Shown here: positions 20,889-31,163 of the stretch, piece after piece
Layout of the letters: each line of letters starts with the position of its first letter
Position numbering within the stretch: the stretch's first letter is position 1
Source: Candidatus Zixiibacteriota bacterium
GTDB taxonomy: Bacteria > Zixibacteria > MSB-5A5 > GN15 > JAAZOE01
Direction of reading: 5' to 3'
NCBI GenBank assembly: GCA_023138975.1
Contig: JAGLON010000023.1
Location: forward strand, 6,131-70,130
Length of the DNA stretch: 64,000 bases
The notes under the pieces: model-generated
What the model saw: only the letters and a program-made list of their open reading frames with translations
What the model was told of the DNA's origin: nothing
Database searches by the model: none
Made by a program: the position numbers and the translations under genes

Positions 20889-22067
20889 CTAAAAAAGATA
20901 AGAAAGACCTAAAACAACTCCAAAAACGACCGTTGCCGGCCCGGCCAGCCGGCCAACCATTAGCCTAACCGGCATTTTAAAATACTCACATGTGACAACC
21001 AGACAAGGGTGTGCCGGAGACATAATATACCCAAAATAAACCGAACTGTATAACAGTGCGAAAATTCCCGGGGTAATTATATCGCCCGATGCCAGATAGA
21101 TCGGAATAACTATCGATGCCGGCAACTGAACCCGACCGGTAAAAAACCCCAATAAAAACCCGCCACACATAGAAAGGGTAAGAATTGGCAAAGGAAGCTG
21201 ACTGATAGCGGTCCCGGCATTTGTCTGCATAAAAATATGCTGATATAAAAACATTCCGATAATTATCAGTGAGAAATTCCATGGCCTCATCTTGAAAACT
21301 ATCTTTTTCATATCAAACGACCGCCGCCGCAGGAGAATGGCCAATAATAATGCCGTTGACACACCTATCAGTGTTGAAACTGCGCCAATCCCCAGAAGCC
21401 GTTTTAACAAAAAATCTGTAATGGGTGCGATGGTAATTATAACCAGTGGAATAGATAAATCTATGGCTGAAAATCTCCCGATGAAATTCGGCCGCCCATT
21501 AACTTTTCTGAGAAAGAAAATATAGCCCAGAATCGCGGCAAGAATTACGACAGGAAACAAGTATAGCATTGCGACATATAAATCCAGATTGGACATTTTA
21601 GTCGCCACGATAAGTGCCGGTTCCAGCGGATAGATCAGGATAAACAAGTGCCGGAACCATACATTAATAAAACCTTTTAATTCACCATCAACGCCTTTCC
21701 CACCAGCCTTGTCGACTATCGGGGCAGATAAAAGCGCTCCACCCGGCATTGGCAGCAGCCCCATTATTGAAGCGGAAAACGGCAATAAAGTACGCTTGGG
21801 AAGTCTAACGTTGTTTATCAAGAGGTCAATCTCACCGCTTTCTTTCATCACACCGCCCAACAGCGGAATGATTCCCATCGCAGCCGCAATAATCAACACG
21901 GTGGGATCTGACAACGTTTTGGAGATCTGATTAAGGACAGATGAAAACGGCAGAGTAAAAACGCCTAAGATTATCGCCCCTCCAATCAGCCCAAGCGGGA
22001 GATTTCTTTTCGAGACTATGAGTATCGTTACAAGCGACACAATGAAGCCGGCCCAGGTCCAAAGCAT
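20889..22067 (-). CDS. DUF401-family multi-pass membrane protein (transporter-like)
   Basis: GLLPMPGGALLSAP, NVWFRH, SPAHPCLVVT.EYF motifs; about 11 hydrophobic segments; likely start MLWTW at 22067. Confidence 0.85.
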   Translation of the reverse strand: MLWTWAGFIVSLVTILIVSKRNLPLGLIGGAIILGVFTLPFSSVLNQISKTLSDPTVLIIAAAMGIIPLLGGVMKESGEIDLLINNVRLPKRTLLPFSASIMGLLPMPGGALLSAPIVDKAGGKGVDGELKGFINVWFRHLFILIYPLEPALIVATKMSNLDLYVAMLYLFPVVILAAILGYIFFLRKVNGRPNFIGRFSAIDLSIPLVIITIAPITDFLLKRLLGIGAVSTLIGVSTALLLAILLRRRSFDMKKIVFKMRPWNFSLIIIGMFLYQHIFMQTNAGTAISQLPLPILTLSMCGGFLLGFFTGRVQLPASIVIPIYLASGDIITPGIFALLYSSVYFGYIMSPAHPCLVVTCEYFKMPVRLMVGRLAGPATVVFGVVLGLSYLF

Positions 22068-22150
22068 AGAGATATCTATACCTAAAGCCTGAATAAAAGC
22101 AAGAGCAAGTTTCAAGATATACAGACAATGATGGCAGGAGACCCTTTGTA

Positions 22151-22178
22151 TTGACAAAATCGATAAAATGGTTATCTT
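22151..22178 (+). promoter_or_regulatory. Putative sigma70 promoter of the 22355 gene
   Basis: TTGACA-16 nt-TATCTT in the divergent intergenic region. Confidence 0.45.
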
Positions 22179-22354
22179 TATTAAAGTTATACTTTTCTTC
22201 GCATGCAAGTTTATTGCCCAAGGGTTATAAGAACACTGCAAAATAGAGCACTCCAATAAAGTTAGATAAGGGGCATCTGAGTAGGTTTATCAAACTCTCA
22301 TTTTTATGACCTGCTTGCAGATTTACTATAAATACTCACCCATCGGGGGATGTT

Positions 22355-25300
22355 ATGAGAAACCTCACTATTATATCAGCAATCATGCTGTTGGTTTTGT
22401 TTTCTGTCGCAAATTCAACAGATTCACAATCAGGAAATCAGAACAATGAAGGCATAAGCATCGGCGAATTTCTAACGCCTGACGGTCGTTTTGACATCGA
22501 AGCGGCCCGGCAGGCCGGTTTTGAAGGCTCACTTGACATCGAGGGGTTTGATATCATACTCGACCAAAATGACGGCGCACCTCTACTGAGTTCACAAGCG
22601 GCTAATTCTGTCCCTGATGATCAGTACTGGCATGACATAACCGCACCGGATGTCGGAATGAATAGTATAGTCAGAACTTTGGCAGTCTACAATGGTGACC
22701 TGATTGCCGGGGGACAATTTACGACCGCCGGCGGAGTTCCCGCCAATTATATCGCCTGCTGGGATGGTTCTACCTGGCAGCCTCTCGGCTCAGGGATGAA
22801 TAACAGGGTCTACTCGCTGATTGTCTATAATAGTAATCTGATTGCGGCGGGTCAATTCACAACTGCCGGTGGGACTTCTGCCAACAGAATTGCCCGTTGG
22901 GATGGCTCGACCTGGCAACCCCTCAGTACGGGAATGAATAACTGGGTTACCTCATTGTGTGAGTTTAACGGCAATCTTATCGCCGGGGGATACTTCACGT
23001 ATGCCGGCGGGTTTTCTTCCTTTTTTATCGCCAGTTGGGATGGTTCGATCTGGTCCCCAATGGGCTCCGGAATGAATGCCAGCGTTTGGTCGATGACGGA
23101 ATACAACGGTGATCTGATTGTCGGGGGACAATTCACATATACCGGTGTGGATCCCGCCAACAGAATCGCCCGTTGGGATGGTTCGTCTTGGCATTCGCTT
23201 GGCTCGGGGATGAATGCCAGTGTTTTTGCTGTAACAGCCTATGGTGATGACCTGATTGCCGGGGGAGATTTTACGACTGCCGGGGGAGTTACTGCCAATT
23301 ACATTGGCAGCTGGGATGGCTCTGCTTGGCAAGCGATTGGTTCGGGGATGAATGGAACCGTGAATTCTCTGATGGTAAACGGCGAATTGTTAGCCGGAGG
23401 ATTTTTCACGACTGCCGGTGGGACTTCTGCTAACAGAATTGCCCGTTGGGATGGTTCGAACTGGCAATCACTCAGCTCTGGATTGAATAGTGTCGCGTAT
23501 TCGATGACGGTCTTTAACGATGAACTCACTATCGGGGGAAGTTTCACGACTGTTGGGGGGATTTCAGCCAACTATATCGCCCGCTGGGATGGCAGTACTT
23601 TTAAACCACTCGGGTCAGGAATGGATGCACAGATATATGCCTTGGCAATTTATAATGATGATTTGATTGCTGGAGGTTATTTTACGTCAGCCGGAGGCGG
23701 ACCGGCATATCTTATTGCTCGGTGGGATGGCTCATCATGGCAACCATTGGGCTCTGGGTTCAGCGGTGGTATTTATCCCAATGTTTCGGCGTTAACGGTT
23801 TATAATGGTGACCTTATTGCAGGAGGTTATTTCACGAATGCAGGAGGAACAGCAGCGAACAATATTGCACGATGGGATGGCTCGACTTGGCAACCGCTTG
23901 GAACAGGATTGAGTTCCATAGTATTTGCCTTTACAGTTTATAATGGAAACTTGATTGCCGGTGGCTCCTTTGAAACGGCTGGTGGTATAACAGTCAATAA
24001 TATAGCCAGCTGGGATGGTGCGTCGTGGGATTCTCTGAGTTCTGGAACTAACCATACTGTTAAGGCATTGACTGTTTATGATGGTGAATTAATTGCAGGT
24101 GGTCTTTTTACGCAATGTGGTATATCTTACCACTATTACATTGCCCGTTGGAATGGAACTATCTGGCAATCAGTAGGCAATGGAATGAACAGTAATGGTG
24201 CAGTGGAGGATTTTGTTGAATATGAAGGAGATCTGGTTGCCGTAGGCCGATTTACGGGAGCCAGCAATGTTCCTGCCAACTATATTGCCCGGTGGAATGG
24301 AAGTGTTTGGGATTCTATTGGTTCAGGAATGGATTATACTGCTGCTGCATTGACTATATACAATGGTGAGTTAATCGCCGGTGGTTCATTCTCAACAGCA
24401 GGAGGAGGAGCCGCAAACAATATAGCTCGTTGGGATGGTTCGGTTTGGCAGCCGCTTGGCTCCGGTGCTAATGAAATAGTCAAAGATCTTCTCATCTACA
24501 ATGATCAATTAGTAATAGCGGGCTTCTTTACAACTGCCGGCGAAAAATCATGTCCATATGTTGCTCTTTGGGATAAACCGGCAACTGATACCGACGGTGA
24601 CGGTGATCCCGACATGACCGATCCAGACGATGACAACGACGGTGTGGCTGATGCCTCCGACACAGATTCACTTGACCCCTCTATTTGTCAGGATGCGGAT
24701 GGCGATGGATGCGACGATTGTTCCATCGGCGCTGACGGGTTCTGCCCCAATCCTGATTACGATATAAATAACGATGGAACTGATACTGATAGTGATGGAA
24801 TATGTGATTCCGGTGACACCGACGATGACAATGATGGCGTACCCGACGGCTCGGACACAGATTCACTTGACCCCTCAATTTGTCAGGACGTCGATGGCGA
24901 TGGTTGCGACGACTGTTCCATCGGCGATGACGGTTTCGGACCCAATCCTGATTACGATGTTAATAACGATGGTACTGATACCGATAGTGATGGCCTTTGC
25001 GATTTAGGTGACACCGACGATGACAATGACGGTGTGCCCGATGGAGCGGATTCCGATCCGTTAGATCCCTCAATTTGTCAGGACGCGGATAGCGACGGTT
25101 GCGACGACTGTTCAGTTGGTGATGACGGTTTTGGACCAAACCCTGATTACGATGTTAATAACGATGGTACTGATACCGACTATGATGGTCTTTGCGATTC
25201 CGGTGACACCGACGATGACAATGATGGTGTGCCTGACGGAGCGGACACAGATTCACTCGACCCGTCTATTTGTCAGGACATCGATGGCGATGGTTGCGAC

Positions 25301-25876
25301 GACTGTTCGATTGGCGATGACGGTTTCGGACCCAATCCTGATTACGATGTGAATAACGATGGATTAGATACCGACTCTGATGGTCTGTGTGACTCCGGCG
25401 ATACCGACGATGACAACGATGGTGTGCCTGACGGAGCGGACACAGATTCACTTGACCCCTCTATTTGTCAGGATGCGGATGGCGATGGTTGCGATGATTG
25501 TTCAGTTGGCGATGACGGCTTTGGACCCAATCCTGATTACGATGTGAATAACGATGGGACTGATACTGATACCGATGGTATTTGTGATTCGGGCGATAAC
25601 TGTCCGGAGGATTTTAACCCCGATCAGGCAGACAGCGACGGTGATAATATTGGTGATGCCTGCGACTTCCTCTGCGGTGACGCTAACGGCGACGAAAGCA
25701 TAAACGTCGGTGATGCGGTCTATATCATCAATTACGCTTTTAAGGGCGGTCCGGCTCCTGACCCAATTGAAGCTGGTGACGCCAACTGCGATGAATCGTG
25801 CAACGTCGGTGATGCGGTCTATATTATTAATTATGCCTTTAAGGGCGGCCCGGTGCCATGTTTTGAATGCCCGTAA
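22355..25876 (+). CDS. Secreted beta-propeller repeat protein (14 ~48-aa blades) with Asp-rich TSP3-like tandem repeats and C-terminal dockerin
   Basis: Signal peptide; 14 'GMN..V..L..YNGDLIAGG.FT.AGG..AN.IARWDGS.W..LGS' repeats; 5 x 65-aa Asp/Cys repeats; CGDANGD dockerin. Confidence 0.88.
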   Translation: MRNLTIISAIMLLVLFSVANSTDSQSGNQNNEGISIGEFLTPDGRFDIEAARQAGFEGSLDIEGFDIILDQNDGAPLLSSQAANSVPDDQYWHDITAPDVGMNSIVRTLAVYNGDLIAGGQFTTAGGVPANYIACWDGSTWQPLGSGMNNRVYSLIVYNSNLIAAGQFTTAGGTSANRIARWDGSTWQPLSTGMNNWVTSLCEFNGNLIAGGYFTYAGGFSSFFIASWDGSIWSPMGSGMNASVWSMTEYNGDLIVGGQFTYTGVDPANRIARWDGSSWHSLGSGMNASVFAVTAYGDDLIAGGDFTTAGGVTANYIGSWDGSAWQAIGSGMNGTVNSLMVNGELLAGGFFTTAGGTSANRIARWDGSNWQSLSSGLNSVAYSMTVFNDELTIGGSFTTVGGISANYIARWDGSTFKPLGSGMDAQIYALAIYNDDLIAGGYFTSAGGGPAYLIARWDGSSWQPLGSGFSGGIYPNVSALTVYNGDLIAGGYFTNAGGTAANNIARWDGSTWQPLGTGLSSIVFAFTVYNGNLIAGGSFETAGGITVNNIASWDGASWDSLSSGTNHTVKALTVYDGELIAGGLFTQCGISYHYYIARWNGTIWQSVGNGMNSNGAVEDFVEYEGDLVAVGRFTGASNVPANYIARWNGSVWDSIGSGMDYTAAALTIYNGELIAGGSFSTAGGGAANNIARWDGSVWQPLGSGANEIVKDLLIYNDQLVIAGFFTTAGEKSCPYVALWDKPATDTDGDGDPDMTDPDDDNDGVADASDTDSLDPSICQDADGDGCDDCSIGADGFCPNPDYDINNDGTDTDSDGICDSGDTDDDNDGVPDGSDTDSLDPSICQDVDGDGCDDCSIGDDGFGPNPDYDVNNDGTDTDSDGLCDLGDTDDDNDGVPDGADSDPLDPSICQDADSDGCDDCSVGDDGFGPNPDYDVNNDGTDTDYDGLCDSGDTDDDNDGVPDGADTDSLDPSICQDIDGDGCDDCSIGDDGFGPNPDYDVNNDGLDTDSDGLCDSGDTDDDNDGVPDGADTDSLDPSICQDADGDGCDDCSVGDDGFGPNPDYDVNNDGTDTDTDGICDSGDNCPEDFNPDQADSDGDNIGDACDFLCGDANGDESINVGDAVYIINYAFKGGPAPDPIEAGDANCDESCNVGDAVYIINYAFKGGPVPCFECP
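24587..25561 (+). repeat. Five tandem 195-nt intragenic repeats (65-aa Ca-binding TSP3-like units)
   Basis: DTDxDGxCDxGDTDDDNDGVPDGxDxDxLDPSICQDxDGDGCDDCSxGDDGFGPNPDYDVNNDGT recurs with an exact 195-nt period. Confidence 0.95.
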
Positions 25877-26060
25877 ATTTGGCTGATGCCAGATAGTGAT
25901 ATTTTGAGGTAGAGCACAAGAAAACCCGGTGGAAAATATATTCTTCTGCCGGGTCTTTTCTATTTTCACGATTCTATTTCCGTCTTTACCTTTTGGAGAA
26001 AATATCTTACTTTCGGGTATAAGAGACAAATATAGACTTTATTTCAACTGGAGTTTTTTT

Positions 26061-27248
26061 ATGGCCCGAGCGTTAATACTGTTCTCTGTCGCCCTGCTGA
26101 TATTAACCGGCATCAGTTTTGCCAATCCTCCGCAATCTCTCGAACAAGCAAAAGTGCTCGCCAAACAGACCGGGAAACCGATCCTGATTGAATTTTACCG
26201 CGACGACTGAGAATACTGCGCCAAAGCCGCTCGTGAAGCGGAAAATGAACCATCCATGATCAACGCGCTTAAAGCGGTAGTTCATCTATCTTTAAGCGCA
26301 CAATATGATGAGGGTCTTAAACTCTCCTCCGATTATCAGGTAGGCAATACGTTCCCGGTATTCATACTAACCAATAGTCAGGGCGAAGTAATTTTTCGCT
26401 GGGACGGATTTGGCGGAGCCAAACGATTTGTCAATTCGCTCAAGGCTGGTATGGCTGATTTAACTTCAGTCAAGGAACGTCGGGCCAAAGTCGCCGTCAA
26501 TCCTAATTACCGAGATGCTCTTCAACTGGCCAAATATTACTCCGATACCCGCCAGTATCTTGATGCCATAACGTATTATAAACTGACACAAAAACTCAGC
26601 CCGAGCAAACAGGCTAATTACTCATATCAAATATTTTCAAACACTGCCAATGCGGTCTGGACTGACATCTGGCCCTTTGATTCGGCTATGACCGCCGCTG
26701 ATGTTGTCCTTAATTATAAGATTAATAAAAATAATATATCTAAATGCGTCAAAGTTCTTGGCCGGGTTGCCCGCCGCTCAGGAAGAACCAATGACCTGAG
26801 GAACTACCTCTATGCCGCATTAGAAGCTACCGCTAATTCGACCGATTCAAAGCTAACCTTGGCTCATCAGGAATTTGTGATCGATACTATCTTATATATT
26901 ACCGGTATCGAAGGTCGTGCGACTCGCTCCAAAGAAGCGACCCTCGGAGCCAACTGGCAAAATGACCCAAAGAAGTTTTACCCTTATGCCAAGTGGTGCC
27001 TGGAGAGGAAAGTCAATCTTAATAAAGCCGAAGCTTATGCCCGAACGGCCGCCGACAGAGCCGGTTCCGGGGCTTTCAAGGGACAGGTACTGCATACTCT
27101 GGCAAGTATTTTGGATGTCGTTGGCAAACATAAAGAGGCCGTTCGCATAATGGAAATGTCGGTCGCTGAAGACCCCACTAATCCGTATTATGCCAAAGAG
27201 TTAGATCGTATTCTTATCAACTGGTCAAAAGCGGAAAGTAAACAATAA
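26061..27248 (+). CDS. Probable selenoprotein: secreted thioredoxin-fold (UxxC) protein with TPR-like C-terminus; TGA 26208-26210 read as Sec (395 aa)
   Basis: GGAG RBS and signal peptide; SLEQAKVLAKQTGKPILIEFYRDD-[TGA]-EYC continues in frame into ORF 26256-27248; downstream cis-Pro-like loop YQVGNTFPVFIL; TPR-like helices. Confidence 0.85.
26227..26241 (+). promoter_or_regulatory. Candidate bacterial SECIS stem-loop
   Basis: CCGCT-CGTGA-AGCGG hairpin; loop starts 21 nt after the in-frame TGA and has G at its second position; stem is short. Confidence 0.55.
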
Positions 27249-27472
27249 CTTTGCCGTTTAATAAACGGTTACAGCAGCAGGAATTATAGGGTAATCATGT
27301 CCCAGATCATTCCACTGATGGGGCACATTTTCCCAAAAAAAGTGAATCTTTATAGGCAACCTGGCGTCTTTATACTACTAACTGTATTGTTTAAACTAAT
27401 TGGACGAATATATTCTAACAATTGTTGTCCTGTGATAATATAATATTGAAGGCAATTTGGGGGAGGTTTGTA

Positions 27473-29818
27473 ATGCAGCCTAAAGGCGCTGGTTATAACA
27501 AGTTTATTTTCGGCCTCATCACCACTCTTATTTGTTTGGGTTTTAGTGTTATCTCATTTGCCGACGATGGTTATCCACCGGTTTTTAAACCGGAAGTAAA
27601 TATTAGCCAGGCTGCGGGTGAGATTAAGATTGACGGTAATCTGGACGATGCCGGATGGAACAATGCGGCAATCTGTGATCATTTTGTCGAGAACAAACCC
27701 GGAGACCAGATAAAACCTCCAGTCGAGACAAAAGGTTACATTGCATACGATGACAATTATCTCTATGTGGCGATTGTCTGCTATGACAATCCGGAAGATA
27801 TTCGCGCGTCATTTTGTGAACGGGACCGCATTTATAACGATGATAATGTCGGCTTCTTTTTCGATACTTACGGAGATGGATCCTGGGCTTATACATTAAA
27901 CGTCAACCCTTATGGCATTCAAGCTGATGGCCTTTGGACCAACGGTTTTGGCGAGGACAGTAAATATGATTTAATCTGGAAATCAGCCGGGCAAATTACA
28001 GATTCCGGGTATCAGGTTGAGATTGCCATTCCCTTTTCATCACTCAGATTTCCCAATAAGGAAAAACAGAACTGGCGCATCGAATTCTGGCGTCACCACT
28101 CACGGGATGTTCATCACAATATATCCTGGTCGGCTTATGATAGAGACGAGCCGTGTTGGGCCTGCCAATGGGGTTACATGAATGGGCTCGAAAATGTCAA
28201 GCCGGGCAAGGGAATCGAAATTATTCCTTCATTTGTTGGCATTCAGTCCGGGGAAGCCACGGCTTTCTACGACAGTACTGACACAATTATCGATTCACTC
28301 ATATTCAACAATGACGATGCTGACGCCGATGTGTCATTAAATTTTAAGTATGCCATAACTTCGAGTGCGACAATTGAGGCGACTTATAATCCTGATTTCT
28401 CTCAAGTAGAAGCCAATGCTGACCAGATTGATGTCAACACAACCGTAGCCTTATTCTTTCCCGAAAAAAGACCGTTTTTCCAAGAGGGTCGTGATCTTTT
28501 CAGAACCCTGTTTAATACTGTCTATACCCGCTCTATAAACAAACCCGATTTCGCGGCCAAGTTTACTGCCCGAATCAACCGCACCAGTATCGCGTATCTC
28601 GGCGCACACGATGAAGTCAGTCCGTTTATCATCCCATTCGAAGAACACAGTAAAAGTTTCTCACTCGGAAAATCAACCAGTAATTTCTTCCGCATACGCC
28701 AAACATTTGGAGAAAACTCACAGGTTGGTGCATTGGTTACGGACCGGCGCTATGAAGGCGGTGGTTCCGGTTCGGTGTTAGGACTCGACGGTTCATTCCG
28801 TCTGCATCAGAGTCTGAGGTTTAAGATCCAGACTCTCGCCAGCTATATCGAAGAACCGAACGACACATCTCTGACCGCCAACAGGAAAACCTATGATAAC
28901 ATAAGTGAATCCAATGTCCTGCTAAGTGATTACACCTTTGGCTCGAATGATCAATACACAGCGGGATTCGATGGAGAAGAGTTCTGGGGACATGCAGTTA
29001 CAGGAATTCTGGATTATGAAGTCCGGGATTTGTATATCAGCGCGCGTCTATCACGAATTAGCGATGCCTACCGAGCTGATAATGGATTTGAACCCCGTAA
29101 TAACCGGCAACAGGTATTCTTTATAGCTGATAAAAATTTCTGGTTTGATGGCGGCCTTGTGGAACGTTTCTCGCCTCAGATATTTGCTGCCCGAATCTGG
29201 AACATGGACGGACGCATAAAAGACGAATGGGTCATGGCTGAGTTATCCTATGATCTGCGCAAGTACCAAGCAAGCTTCGACACCCGTTTCATGATCAGCC
29301 ACGAAAACTTCGCGGACATTCAATTTGATGACATTTGGAACATCTCACACGATTTTGAATTCGTGCCAAATGAATATATCTCCTTCGGTGGAACAATTAA
29401 CTACGGCAACCGTATCGCCCGATATGCGAAAGTCATGGGTAAGGAGTTCAGTTTCCGTACCGGGATAGACTTGCGGCCATTTGACCGCCTTCTTTCTGAG
29501 TTTTCTTACAATTATATACAGAGCCGTGCTAACGAGACAAAGGAATTGCTCTTCTCCGGTCACGTCCTGAGAAATAAAATAAGTCTGCAGCTAAGCCGGG
29601 AGCTATCATTCCGTTTTGTTGTCCAGTATAATGAGTTTGAAAAGACCTGGGACTTTGACCCGCTGATTACTTATCGTCTCAGCCCGTTCTCGTTGTTTTA
29701 TATAGGTTCGACGTATGATTATCAGGAGTATACCAACTATCGGCAACTGGGTACCAATGCAACCCGTCTGTTATCAAGACAGTTTTTCATGAAATTGCAG
29801 TATCAATTCCAGTTATAG
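27473..29818 (+). CDS. CBM9-like domain + DUF5916 outer-membrane beta-barrel protein
   Basis: IKIDGNLDD..W, YDDNYLYV, FFDTY.D, VEIAIPFSSLRF, TYNPDFSQVEAN, FPEKRPFF.EG; C-terminal FMKLQYQFQL; GGGAGG RBS. Confidence 0.88.
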   Translation: MQPKGAGYNKFIFGLITTLICLGFSVISFADDGYPPVFKPEVNISQAAGEIKIDGNLDDAGWNNAAICDHFVENKPGDQIKPPVETKGYIAYDDNYLYVAIVCYDNPEDIRASFCERDRIYNDDNVGFFFDTYGDGSWAYTLNVNPYGIQADGLWTNGFGEDSKYDLIWKSAGQITDSGYQVEIAIPFSSLRFPNKEKQNWRIEFWRHHSRDVHHNISWSAYDRDEPCWACQWGYMNGLENVKPGKGIEIIPSFVGIQSGEATAFYDSTDTIIDSLIFNNDDADADVSLNFKYAITSSATIEATYNPDFSQVEANADQIDVNTTVALFFPEKRPFFQEGRDLFRTLFNTVYTRSINKPDFAAKFTARINRTSIAYLGAHDEVSPFIIPFEEHSKSFSLGKSTSNFFRIRQTFGENSQVGALVTDRRYEGGGSGSVLGLDGSFRLHQSLRFKIQTLASYIEEPNDTSLTANRKTYDNISESNVLLSDYTFGSNDQYTAGFDGEEFWGHAVTGILDYEVRDLYISARLSRISDAYRADNGFEPRNNRQQVFFIADKNFWFDGGLVERFSPQIFAARIWNMDGRIKDEWVMAELSYDLRKYQASFDTRFMISHENFADIQFDDIWNISHDFEFVPNEYISFGGTINYGNRIARYAKVMGKEFSFRTGIDLRPFDRLLSEFSYNYIQSRANETKELLFSGHVLRNKISLQLSRELSFRFVVQYNEFEKTWDFDPLITYRLSPFSLFYIGSTYDYQEYTNYRQLGTNATRLLSRQFFMKLQYQFQL

Positions 29819-29836
29819 CCAAAAAATAGAATGCCT

Positions 29837-29870
29837 AAAAAGAAGGGCCGTCCGTTTTGGATAGCCCTTT
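29837..29870. terminator. Probable bidirectional terminator between convergent genes
   Basis: AAAAAG-AAGGGC..TCC-gtttt-GGA..GCCCTT-T imperfect hairpin. Confidence 0.5.
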
Positions 29871-29909
29871 GTGATGTGGTGCAATAGGTAAGTGCACAAG
29901 AGATATTTT

Positions 29910-31163
29910 TTATTCGTAGCGCAATGCCTCAATCGGATCGATTCGTGCCGCTCGCCAGGCCGGATACATCCCGGCTATTACACCGGTACTGATAGATACC
30001 GTCAATCCAATCAAAATCCACAACGGCGAAAGATAATAATGCCATTCAAGCGATGTGGTAATTATTAATCCGATTACAGCCCCAAATATAATTCCCACAA
30101 TTCCTCCGAGACCAGTCAGCGTCCCGGCTTCAACTAAAAACTGAAAAAGGATATTCTTGCGGCGGGCTCCCAGAGCTTTTCTGACACCGATCTCGCGAGT
30201 TCTCTGCGTAACCGCAACGAGCATTATGTTCATGACTCCGATAACACCAACCAACAATCCGACACAGGCGACGGAGACGGCAACCATATGAGCAACGTCG
30301 GTTATTTCACCGACCTGATCTCTCAGTTTGTCCTGAGTTTCAATTCCAAAATTATTCTCTTCATGCGATCGAAGTCTCCGGACTCGACGCAGCGCATTCA
30401 CAACCTGGTCCATCGCCTCACCGAATTGAACGCGAGAAACAGCGCTGACTAATAAATAGACTCGCTCTCTATTCGGATACAAACGCTCAAAGGTTGTCAT
30501 CGGAATATAGATAAAATCATTTTCGCTGATACCGAACAAATCATCGACTTCCTCCTGAACGCCAATGACTCGAAAATCATATCCGTTAACCCGAATTTCC
30601 TTTTCAAGCGCGTCCGGTCGGGTATCAAACAAGGCATCGGCTACTTCAGGTCCAATAACACACACCCGCGCGCTGCGGCGAAGATCATTTTCATCGATAA
30701 AACGGCCGTGCGAAACATCACGGTTAGTCACCACCGCCTGCTCCGGCCAACATCCTCGAAAATCATCAGGGTTCCTGATTTCTTTATCTTTATACTTGGC
30801 GACGTTGCGCCATGCCTTTTTCTCAGGCGATACCGCTTCGACCAGAGGACACATTTTTTGAATAGCATAGGCTTCGTCCATCGTGATATTCTTACGACGC
30901 CTTTGTTCCTCTGTTAAATTATCAAAATCGGTATTGTCATCCCACTTAGTGATATACATGACATTATTACCGATTTTCTCAATCGACTCATCCACATAAT
31001 GATTGAAACCATCCATAATTGTATTGACGATAATTACTGCGCCGACACCTATCATTACTCCAAGTATTGTCATAAAAGAACGGAATTTGTTCGCTCGAAC
31101 TGAATCCAGCGCGAGCCGAACGCCTTCCTTAATTTCATCCAGTGATTCCAGCCATTTACTCAT
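29910..31163 (-). CDS. ABC transporter permease, MacB family
   Basis: RSFMTILGVMIGV, GVMNIMLVAVTQRTREIGVRKALGA, DPIEALRYE. Confidence 0.95.
   Translation of the reverse strand: MSKWLESLDEIKEGVRLALDSVRANKFRSFMTILGVMIGVGAVIIVNTIMDGFNHYVDESIEKIGNNVMYITKWDDNTDFDNLTEEQRRRKNITMDEAYAIQKMCPLVEAVSPEKKAWRNVAKYKDKEIRNPDDFRGCWPEQAVVTNRDVSHGRFIDENDLRRSARVCVIGPEVADALFDTRPDALEKEIRVNGYDFRVIGVQEEVDDLFGISENDFIYIPMTTFERLYPNRERVYLLVSAVSRVQFGEAMDQVVNALRRVRRLRSHEENNFGIETQDKLRDQVGEITDVAHMVAVSVACVGLLVGVIGVMNIMLVAVTQRTREIGVRKALGARRKNILFQFLVEAGTLTGLGGIVGIIFGAVIGLIITTSLEWHYYLSPLWILIGLTVSISTGVIAGMYPAWRAARIDPIEALRYE

Noticed and set aside
24587-25561. Regular repeats as a CRISPR array
   Set aside because: These are 195-nt in-frame coding repeats with no unique spacers, and there are no cas genes.
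26208-26210. Genome-wide UGA reassignment (code 4/25), or two separate genes
   Set aside because: TGA terminates other intact genes (e.g. 8466-8468, 12447-12449) and Trp is encoded by TGG. A split would cut the thioredoxin active-site motif in half.
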